Shown here piece after piece: positions 1 through 7,133 of a stretch of 27,817 bases of DNA (the first letter of the stretch is position 1; each line of letters starts with the position of its first letter). The position numbers and the translations under genes were made by a program. The stretch is from the IMG/VR virus record IMGVR_UViG_3300025122_000115, positions 1 through 27,817 of that record; one strand, written 5' to 3'. The notes under the pieces are model-generated. The model saw nothing but the letters and a program-made list of their open reading frames with translations. It was not told where the DNA came from and made no database searches. The DNA comes from a virus (lineage: Duplodnaviria; Caudoviricetes).

Positions 1-128
1 AGTTTTTGTAGAATTTTCAAAAACCCCTTCATGCCGCCGATGGGTTGCCCGTTTGTAGACAAACTAGGATCGACAATATATGCTCTAAAGTACATATTAA
101 GAGCATCAATAATAAGTAATCGTTTCAT
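1..128 (-). CDS. 5'-3' exonuclease (Pol I N-terminal / FEN / T4 RNase H-like), N-terminal part, runs off the left edge
   Basis: Not in the ORF track. Manual translation from the ATG at 128 (ATGA overlap with the stop of 125..367) gives MKRLLIIDALNMYFRAYIVDPSLSTNGQPIGGMKGFLKILQK, which matches the LLxID-x4-FRA...NGxPxxxxxGF start of Pol I 5' nuclease domains. Confidence 0.85.
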   Translation of the reverse strand, partial: MKRLLIIDALNMYFRAYIVDPSLSTNGQPIGGMKGFLKILQK

Positions 129-367
129 TTCTTTGCCGGGTAATATTCAATTAATTCTCTTTCAATTTGGCGCTTCAGAAAGCTGTCAAGAACCTTGTGA
201 TATTGGTATCCCCATCCAATCACTTCCCACATCGCAGGAATGTCTCTTTCTTTTTCTTCGCTATAATAAGGAGATTGCTTTTTGTGTAATATTGCTTGTT
301 CTGGAATTCCATTATCGTACTTGACAAGCAAGTCCCCTACTCTAAGCTTTATTCTTTTTTTACCCAT
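125..367 (-). CDS. hypothetical protein (80 aa)
   Basis: Fills the gap between the deaminase and the exonuclease; its stop overlaps the next ATG. The start (LRVGDLLV) resembles small SH3/KOW-like phage proteins. Confidence 0.7.
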   Translation of the reverse strand: MGKKRIKLRVGDLLVKYDNGIPEQAILHKKQSPYYSEEKERDIPAMWEVIGWGYQYHKVLDSFLKRQIERELIEYYPAKK

Positions 368-374
368 AATATTT

Positions 375-770
375 CTATAGCCTCACACATCCCAATTGTT
401 GTTCATTAATAGAATAGAAAACACGCCTAACACCCACATGGCGTAGAAGCGCTTCACACATTTCACACGGCTTAGAAAGACGAAGTTCGCCCCCTTTGCC
501 GATTCGCACAACATATAGATCTGCTCCGCGAGTTGTAGTTCGATCTAGCCCAAGAACACAGCCTAATTCAGCATGGTGTGTTGCATGTCCACAATCTCGT
601 TTTCGAAATCGTTTGCCCAATCTTGCATGCGAATTTTTATTAATAGAGACATTAAGCACGGAACTGCCTTTTACAAGGACAGCGCCGTGCCTATAATCTG
701 GAGCTTCTGAATTTTCCGCTATGCGTTTGCTAAGCTCTATGAATCGCTTTTGACGCCCTGCAATAGACAT
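375..770 (-). CDS. Zn-dependent cytidine/deoxycytidylate deaminase-superfamily protein
   Basis: HGAVLV strand, HAE motif (THHAELGC), PCxxC motif (SKPCEMC) and C-terminal GVRRVFYS; AAGGAAAG SD-like sequence upstream. Confidence 0.88.
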   Translation of the reverse strand: MSIAGRQKRFIELSKRIAENSEAPDYRHGAVLVKGSSVLNVSINKNSHARLGKRFRKRDCGHATHHAELGCVLGLDRTTTRGADLYVVRIGKGGELRLSKPCEMCEALLRHVGVRRVFYSINEQQLGCVRL

Positions 771-789
771 TCGCTTTCCTTACTATGAT

Positions 790-818
790 AATATAACATA
801 TTAACAGCAAGGTGTCAA
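790..818 (-). promoter_or_regulatory. sigma70-type promoter upstream of the deaminase
   Basis: Minus strand reads TTGACA-N17-TATATT with an extended -10 TG, in an intergenic gap. Confidence 0.8.
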
Positions 819-825
819 GTAGTTT

Positions 826-1149
826 TTAGCGATATCTGCGAGCGGGTGGAGTAGGTCTGCCACGACCCTTTACATACCTAACGTGTGTATGGGGTTGTCG
901 ATTAATTATATATCGCGGTACTGTACGCAACTCCCAATATCCATGTACCCATCCCCCGCGAGGAGTTTGGTGTCCTTTAACCCATACCCATGCCTTAACT
1001 CTAACAGGTTGTTGCGCGTTGTGGTGCGGAGTATGATGTCGAACCGCAGGTGGATTCGGGCGAGCAGGTGCAGGCTCAGGGGGCGCGTGTGCGTGTACAC
1101 TGCATCCCGTCAACCCAAAAAATAGTGTAAATAATGTAGTTCTAATCAT
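826..1149 (-). CDS. putative lipoprotein with WxxGxW (YXWGXW-like) repeats, Pro/His-rich
   Basis: Signal peptide with lipobox (MIRTTLFTLFFGLTG-C), Pro-rich linker, and WVWVKGH / WVHGYW repeats; ATGA overlap with the upstream gene. Confidence 0.75.
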   Translation of the reverse strand: MIRTTLFTLFFGLTGCSVHAHAPPEPAPARPNPPAVRHHTPHHNAQQPVRVKAWVWVKGHQTPRGGWVHGYWELRTVPRYIINRQPHTHVRYVKGRGRPTPPARRYR

Positions 1150-1364
1150 TTCTTCTTCCTTTTGTTATTTGTGGGCTTGACAAAATCTGGATGCCAATAT
1201 TTAACTTGGAACTTTTCGTATCCTTGCCCATACCTCTTTATTTTGACGATTAACTCGTCGTTCCATTCACTTAAAAGAGAAGTTTTTTTACTAGATGCAT
1301 CTTCATACAGATCATATAAGCCTGCTCGTTTCCAAACTTTATTTTGTTTTTCTTCTGACATCAA
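1146..1364 (-). CDS. hypothetical protein (72 aa, basic C-terminus)
   Basis: 4-nt overlaps with both recA/uvsX and the lipoprotein gene suggest translational coupling. Confidence 0.7.
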   Translation of the reverse strand: MMSEEKQNKVWKRAGLYDLYEDASSKKTSLLSEWNDELIVKIKRYGQGYEKFQVKYWHPDFVKPTNNKRKKK

Positions 1365-2479
1365 CTTTCTGTCTCCTCATAGAAATCGGAAGCATTGCCT
1401 TCTCGTTTATCAAACTTCATAATAACCTCTTCATCGATTAGTTCAACAATTCTGTCTTTAAACTTTTCATCTTCGATCATTTCTTTCCATTTAGAGGGTT
1501 GAAACTTTTGTTCAGTGCCATCGGCATACGTAAGAGTATACCATGCGCCAGCTTGCTTAAGCTGCTCTGAGCCCTTGATTGCGTCGAACCAAGATTCTTC
1601 ATCTTGAATACCGATTTCATCACCCCATAAAATCTTAAAATTACATTGGCGACCTTGTGTGCCAAAACGTGATTTTTCAAGTTTTACTTTTACTTCGGAT
1701 CCGATTCTGAATCCCTTGTCATCAGTTACAAAGCTTGCCTTTGCCTTGCGTCCGGTTAACCAGATTCGTAAAGAGTAGGCATAAATCATCGCCTTTCCAC
1801 CAGGGGTTACATACGGAGTAGTCATAGCCTCGGAGGGCGAACGAGTAATATTCGTCTTCAACTGGTTAAGAACCAGGAAAGTGGATTGTGAATTAGCAAT
1901 CGGAACTGTTAACTTGGACATTCCCTTGGCGAGGATTCTTGCTTTCATTGCCATGGATGATTGAGGATTAAAGTCACCTTCAACATCCGACACAGCAGGG
2001 GTTAATGCCAGTGAGTCCCAGATAAACAACATTCGATTATTATTGCTTGCCAAAAGATCCTCGATTGTCTCTAACACAAACTCAACAGATGCTGCTTGTA
2101 CATAAAGTAGGCTATTCAAATCGCAGCCCGCTCTTGCAAGAAATGCCGGATCAATTGCAGATTCAGAATCAAAATAGATTACGTCAATATCCATCTTTTG
2201 AGCATTGGCTGCAACCTGTGCTGCCATATAACTCTTTCCGGTTGATTCAAGCCCAGCAATTTCTACGATCTTGCCCATAGGAATGCCTGATCGCTTTCCT
2301 CGACATATAATAGAGTCAAGCCAGCGAGAGCCGGTCGGAATCCAGTCCTTAACTTGCGTTGGGTTCTCTTCTGTTAAATTATGGGCTACATTGATACCCG
2401 CTTTTTTGTTGATTAAAGCACGCATATCCGATAAACTTAGTTTGCCTGCTTTGGTGCTTTTAGATCTCGCCATTCTCAT
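1361..2479 (-). CDS. uvsX: RecA/UvsX recombinase
   Basis: IPTGS..LD, Walker A GLESTGKS, YFDSESA, Walker B FIWDSL, VLNQLK, TPGGKAM and KLEKSRF motifs; GGAG SD upstream. Confidence 0.95.
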   Translation of the reverse strand: MRMARSKSTKAGKLSLSDMRALINKKAGINVAHNLTEENPTQVKDWIPTGSRWLDSIICRGKRSGIPMGKIVEIAGLESTGKSYMAAQVAANAQKMDIDVIYFDSESAIDPAFLARAGCDLNSLLYVQAASVEFVLETIEDLLASNNNRMLFIWDSLALTPAVSDVEGDFNPQSSMAMKARILAKGMSKLTVPIANSQSTFLVLNQLKTNITRSPSEAMTTPYVTPGGKAMIYAYSLRIWLTGRKAKASFVTDDKGFRIGSEVKVKLEKSRFGTQGRQCNFKILWGDEIGIQDEESWFDAIKGSEQLKQAGAWYTLTYADGTEQKFQPSKWKEMIEDEKFKDRIVELIDEEVIMKFDKREGNASDFYEETES

Positions 2480-2495
2480 TTAATCTCCATTGAGT

Positions 2496-2531
2496 AAAAA
2501 GGGTGAGGCACCTGATAACCCTGTGCCTCCC
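2496..2531 (-). terminator. putative Rho-independent terminator/attenuator between SSB and recA
   Basis: Minus strand GGGAGGCAC-AGGGTTATCAG-GTGCCTCACCC followed by TTTTT. Confidence 0.6.
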
Positions 2532-2544
2532 TGTGGACGTGGGA

Positions 2545-3303
2545 TTACGCTCCCATGAGTTCGTTGAAAGCAGCATCAACAGAAGAAACTGTGTCAGTTG
2601 AAGGAGGGGTGGTTGTAGAATCAGCCTCCTCGCTGGTGCTTTCATCACCAATAAGATAGGCATCTAGGAGTGCCCCTACATCTTCTGGTGTTTTACGCTC
2701 AAAGAGCGTGTCGAAGTCGGGAATGCTTTCAAGCAATTCCGCGCAACGTTCGTCTCCACCCACTGCATCATCACATAACACAGAAGAGCGGCGACGGGGG
2801 GTAAGCTTCGTTTGAGGGAAGCTAGCGCCCTGTGGCTTACCATAATGAAGGACGAGATCTGTACCCGTTTCAGTATCGGTAATATCTCCATATTCAGGAT
2901 TAAGAACAAGATTGAGCAACTGCTCATATACCATCTTGCCATATCCCCAAATACGGACACCCCTTTCTTCTTCACCCCGCACAAGAACGGGCGAGAAGAA
3001 CCGCTGACGAGCCATAAGAGACTTTGCCATCTTGATGCTTTCTTCGGTGCCCTCGTTAAAAAGTTTCCGAACAAAATCATCCAACGGATCACCTTCACCG
3101 AAGTTCTTCTTCGGGCTTAGAAAACCAGGATTGTTGCCCACATTATAGTGGAACCAGAAATCCTTAAAAGGATCTCCATCAGAGGTGGGGACAATGCGAA
3201 TACATTGTTCGCCGTCTTGTGGACGCCAGAACGTGTCACGATTGCCTCCTCTGCTATCTAATGCAGCCTTGCGCTGCTTCATTTTATCAATATTAATTGC
3301 CAT
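2545..3303 (-). CDS. single-stranded DNA-binding protein, T4 gp32-like
   Basis: FWRPQDG...IRIVP...PF...FHY, RFFSPVLVRG, IWGYGK and YGDITD..TG.D motifs; acidic tail ending DAAFNELMGA; next to uvsX; AAGGAG SD. Confidence 0.88.
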   Translation of the reverse strand: MAINIDKMKQRKAALDSRGGNRDTFWRPQDGEQCIRIVPTSDGDPFKDFWFHYNVGNNPGFLSPKKNFGEGDPLDDFVRKLFNEGTEESIKMAKSLMARQRFFSPVLVRGEEERGVRIWGYGKMVYEQLLNLVLNPEYGDITDTETGTDLVLHYGKPQGASFPQTKLTPRRRSSVLCDDAVGGDERCAELLESIPDFDTLFERKTPEDVGALLDAYLIGDESTSEEADSTTTPPSTDTVSSVDAAFNELMGA

Positions 3304-3310
3304 TTTTTAT

Positions 3311-3367
3311 TTCTCCTTATTTGTGGCTTTTGCCTATAGTTAAGACGACAAATGTTTCGCCTTACTA
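3311..3367 (-). promoter_or_regulatory. structured 5' leader (candidate pseudoknot operator) of the SSB gene
   Basis: Stem UAGUAAGGCG/CGUCUU(A)ACUA. The loop hexamer AUUUGU is complementary to ACAAAU, which abuts the SD. A GGC-AAAA-GCC hairpin lies between them. Confidence 0.5.
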
Positions 3368-3373
3368 AGATAT

Positions 3374-3402
3374 AATATAACATAATCCCGTGGTGCTGTC
3401 AA
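3374..3402 (-). promoter_or_regulatory. sigma70-type promoter upstream of SSB
   Basis: TTGACA-N17-TATATT with an extended -10; shares TATGTTATATTAT with the promoter at 790-818. Confidence 0.8.
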
Positions 3403-3416
3403 GAGATTAATTAAAA

Positions 3417-3680
3417 TTAATTAAAAAAACTGTGATCGACCGGAATAGTAAGAATAAAGCCGCCTGCTTGTTCGCACTGGCAAGCGCCCTCATATTCAAA
3501 TCCCGAGAAGTCCGCACCCAAGACGGAGCATGCAACTTCACAGTGACCAACTATTCTTCCAAATTCAAAACCTTCCTTATATGTAGCGGCAGCTAGCAAG
3601 CTTCCACCGGCTGCGAGGATAAGCATGACGAGCGCCCTTTTCCAATATTTTTGTATCAGATTTCGTAGCTTGCTCAACAT
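3417..3680 (-). CDS. small membrane/secreted Cys-containing protein (87 aa)
   Basis: Basic N-terminus, hydrophobic helix ALVMLILAAGGSLLAAA, then CxxxC...CxC. Confidence 0.65.
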   Translation of the reverse strand: MLSKLRNLIQKYWKRALVMLILAAGGSLLAAATYKEGFEFGRIVGHCEVACSVLGADFSGFEYEGACQCEQAGGFILTIPVDHSFFN

Positions 3681-3702
3681 AATACTTTATAACCTTTACT
3701 TT

Positions 3703-4536
3703 TTAATTGCTTGTGTGCGAAGTGTTTGCCACAATATATCCATAGTTCTTTTCGTAAGAAGTGGAATAAATTTGAAAACTTGTTTTAATATCTTTTTGAT
3801 TTTGTTGAATATTATCAGTTAAACGTCGAAAGAGTGCGCCATCTTGTTCCAACTCTTTCTCGTTAATAGCATAATAATAACTCTTTTCAGATACATTGTC
3901 AAGAGAAAAAAACAATTTTTCTTCACCGTTCTGGAGATCTGTTAATCCAAAAGTGCTTATACTCCGACCTACCTTGCTCTCAAAAGGAGTTTTGTATATA
4001 GGTTCATTGTGTTTATAGACATTAATCATATGGACAGTAGATACGAGTAGGTCATTGATATGATCAAAATATGTCATAATTGGAACATCACCTAAAATCT
4101 TTTCTATTTCTGTGTTGTCAACAATGTAAAGCCGCTTAAAAAGACCAGATCTGGTATATTCCTGTAAGACGTTTCTAACTAATTGTTCTTGTAATAAGTT
4201 AGTTTCTGCCAAAAATTGTAATTCTGGCTTTATGTATAAAATATTAATATTCTTTGAAGACAAGTGTTTAAGTATCTGTAGTGCTGCGCCTGAAACGAAT
4301 CCCGAGCCACAAACAATAAAAAGAATATCGTTAGTGGTGTTGTTAAAAAACGTTTTGAGAGAAGGGGCTTGATTCTCGTATTCTTCGGGGTGAGTATATC
4401 GTTTTAATAGATAGCTTCCTTCGTCTTCGTGATCGACATCTTCGCTATCAATCTTAAAGATTTTATACTGGGGATGTTGAGCAAATTTATCTGCTATAGC
4501 GCAGCCTGCTCTTCCAAGACCGATTATTGTGTCCAT
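3703..4536 (-). CDS. divergent tubulin/FtsZ-family protein (PhuZ/TubZ-like)
   Basis: N-terminal IIGLGRAGCAIAD (T1 loop GxGxxGxxI), IDSE, degenerate T4 loop VCGSGFVSG, YIKP, and LYIVDN followed by an IN helix as in FtsZ/TubZ. Confidence 0.75.
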   Translation of the reverse strand: MDTIIGLGRAGCAIADKFAQHPQYKIFKIDSEDVDHEDEGSYLLKRYTHPEEYENQAPSLKTFFNNTTNDILFIVCGSGFVSGAALQILKHLSSKNINILYIKPELQFLAETNLLQEQLVRNVLQEYTRSGLFKRLYIVDNTEIEKILGDVPIMTYFDHINDLLVSTVHMINVYKHNEPIYKTPFESKVGRSISTFGLTDLQNGEEKLFFSLDNVSEKSYYYAINEKELEQDGALFRRLTDNIQQNQKDIKTSFQIYSTSYEKNYGYIVANTSHTSN

Positions 4537-5729
4537 TCTATCCTTCTCATCGCGCCATATGATTTTCCTGCACCCACATTGACCCTAAATCTACCAAAAG
4601 GAGTTTGAGAGAAAATGTTAATCAAGTCTTCAACCACTGTGCGCTCGCTATCGTCACAATCTATAATAATACTATCATGAAGTGTGAAAGAAATAAAGGA
4701 CTTTTTCTCCTTTAGTTTGTCTGCAATCTTAAACGCCCTAGACAGTACCAAATCGCTTGTGGTGCTCTGTATTAAATAGTTTAATGCATGGTGTTTGTCC
4801 GCTTCAATTTTTCTATTATAAGGTGTCGTTACTTGTTGTCCGTTAAAATATTTTTGCAATATACCATCTCGATCATAATGCCGATTTGATAAATAATCTT
4901 TAGCCTTTGGGTTATATAGCCAAGCAAAAATTCGTTTTTTTGCCTCTTCGCGTGTTCCCATACCGCGATAGATATTATCAATATTCCACTGATGGATATC
5001 GTCTTGTGGTTGTTCTTTCTCGCTTAGTCCAAGAAGAACACGAAGTTCTGCTGCATTGTAGTCTAATTCAACAAAATAATCATTCACGGGTTTTAATATA
5101 TTTCTATAATCGGCATTTAAAGTTAATATTGGGAAGCTTCGTTTATACGTTGTCATCCTTCCAGTCTTCGTACCATAAATATTATATGAAATATATGGTT
5201 TAATATGCTTACTCTTCTTTAGAAAGTTTCGAGTCTTCAGTTGGTGGCTCTCCCTGGCAATTTCTGCATAGTTAATATTCAGTTTTTGCTGCCGAATGTT
5301 ATATGTAAGTTCTGATAGGTTTCTCATGAAAGCATAGTTCCCTGGCATGTCGTATTTTTTGATAACATGCTCAGTAATTTTGTTCTTAACCTCACAATAT
5401 TCAAGCAGAAATCGTTGGGGAACGAGATCATAAAAGCAGTGCCTATCGAGAGAGATTTTTGCCGTTGAAAATGACTTGTAAAACGCTCTTAGGCGGGCGT
5501 TAATAGCCTCCCAACGATGTCTTAGAAAATCAGGGCAGACCTCATTCAATGAATTACCTCCAACGAATAGAGAGGCAATGAGGGCACGATTGTGGGCTAA
5601 AATAGGGCTATAATTCCAAGTTGCACTTACAGCATTGAAGTTAAATTCATCACAATCGTAAATAAGTTTGCCGTCGTGATATATCCCAATACAATGTTTT
5701 TTATCGTCTAGTGTTTGAATAAACAACAT
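4524..5729 (-). CDS. polA: short family-A DNA polymerase (polymerase domain only)
   Basis: TKTGRMT, motif A ELDYNAAELRVL, DIH, motif B REEAKKRIFAWLY, NYLIQSTTSD and motif C TLHDSII; AGGTG SD. Confidence 0.88.
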   Translation of the reverse strand: MLFIQTLDDKKHCIGIYHDGKLIYDCDEFNFNAVSATWNYSPILAHNRALIASLFVGGNSLNEVCPDFLRHRWEAINARLRAFYKSFSTAKISLDRHCFYDLVPQRFLLEYCEVKNKITEHVIKKYDMPGNYAFMRNLSELTYNIRQQKLNINYAEIARESHQLKTRNFLKKSKHIKPYISYNIYGTKTGRMTTYKRSFPILTLNADYRNILKPVNDYFVELDYNAAELRVLLGLSEKEQPQDDIHQWNIDNIYRGMGTREEAKKRIFAWLYNPKAKDYLSNRHYDRDGILQKYFNGQQVTTPYNRKIEADKHHALNYLIQSTTSDLVLSRAFKIADKLKEKKSFISFTLHDSIIIDCDDSERTVVEDLINIFSQTPFGRFRVNVGAGKSYGAMRRIEWTQ

Positions 5730-5743
5730 TCACCTATTAATAG

Positions 5744-7129
5744 TTATTTTTGCAAAGATAAAAGTTCGATTGGGTATCTATGGAAATTTATCTTATCTTT
5801 AATATAACCTTTTGCGGCGTCGATGTCAATGTTTTTATATAAATCTTTTGCATTTTTTATTGTCTTGCGGACATCGACATCTTTCATAGGGCTTGATAAT
5901 TCATAGTTTAGCATTTCAATATATAAAGGGATCCAATAGATATCAGCATAGGTGGTACTCAAATCTTCTACAGCTATCTGTCGTCTTTCTTGCAATTGCG
6001 TTTTTGTAAGGCGACATTTGGTGATATTTGGATTATTTCCGTTACCTCCTCGATTAAGTGATTGGGCTCTTGGAACATTGGGTGTCCCTCTCTGTCCCGG
6101 CGTCCTCTTTATCGAGTTAACCGATGGCATTCCATTGTTCTTGTAATCATTGGTAGAATTAAAAACATATTGATATGTGGCACCAGTGCTCTGATTTGTT
6201 ATAATTGTTTTTGTAGGATGAAGCACAACATAGTTGTTATACATTTGAACAAGATACGTTCTTATAATATCATAGTCAAACTCAGAGGCTTTATAAAAAT
6301 AAGTTTCAAAAACGTCATCAATTGACATTAATCCATAATTTGCCATATATGCCTGCATTTGTGGAGAACCGAGATCTGCAATAATCCTATTTGGATTTTC
6401 TTTATTTACCATAAACCCAAATTTTTTAAGGGCATGCATATAAAATTCAAAATTAGGATTGTCAAAAAAAGTAAAACTATTGATAGAATCAGAATCAGCC
6501 TGTTCTGTTTGGATGTTTGGAATAATATCTATTGCTAATCCTGATATGTGTGCTGAACATTTTTGTGATAAAATAAAATAAGATCTGCTTAGCCCAACGT
6601 GCTTACCATTTGTTTTATAAAAATGTTTTGTGGACTTAATGAACTCATCAAAATTCATGGGACGGCTGTGTTCCATCCCTCGGGATGCTATTGGCTGTTC
6701 CAAATATACATCGACCATATTTGTGAACAAACTTTTAATATGAGGACCATATAAGCTGTGCATACTTTTCCACCCACTAACTGGCTTAATTTTATCTAGG
6801 CTGTTCTCACCAGAATCCTTGAGTAAGTTCATTTTATATGCTTTATTAAAATAATCTTGAAGATCGCCAAAAGCATCTGCTACAAAGTTTAAGGCATATA
6901 CTCGTTTATTGGTTTCGCTTTGATGTGTTCGAAGAGGTTTTAAATATTTTTCAGAAGGATATATGGCATTTCCATGTGTATCAACTCGACCATAATATAA
7001 CGAAACAGTATGATCGTAAAAATTAGTATATTGTTGAGAAGGTACAATTTCAGAAAGATAGAGTTTCCTCAAAGCAAATGTGCTTGCTGTGCCTGTACGT
7101 CTTGCCAATAATCGTGTATTTTTAGCCAT
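5744..7129 (-). CDS. hypothetical protein (461 aa), possibly virion/baseplate-associated
   Basis: Long ORF starting 4 nt after the hub-like gene; no motif recognised. Confidence 0.75.
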   Translation of the reverse strand: MAKNTRLLARRTGTASTFALRKLYLSEIVPSQQYTNFYDHTVSLYYGRVDTHGNAIYPSEKYLKPLRTHQSETNKRVYALNFVADAFGDLQDYFNKAYKMNLLKDSGENSLDKIKPVSGWKSMHSLYGPHIKSLFTNMVDVYLEQPIASRGMEHSRPMNFDEFIKSTKHFYKTNGKHVGLSRSYFILSQKCSAHISGLAIDIIPNIQTEQADSDSINSFTFFDNPNFEFYMHALKKFGFMVNKENPNRIIADLGSPQMQAYMANYGLMSIDDVFETYFYKASEFDYDIIRTYLVQMYNNYVVLHPTKTIITNQSTGATYQYVFNSTNDYKNNGMPSVNSIKRTPGQRGTPNVPRAQSLNRGGNGNNPNITKCRLTKTQLQERRQIAVEDLSTTYADIYWIPLYIEMLNYELSSPMKDVDVRKTIKNAKDLYKNIDIDAAKGYIKDKINFHRYPIELLSLQK

Positions 7130-7133
7130 AGCT

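Noticed and set aside
5737-5744. ACTATTAA upstream of polA as another late-promoter copy
   Set aside because: It deviates from the consensus, overlaps a stop codon and sits too close to the SD/ATG.
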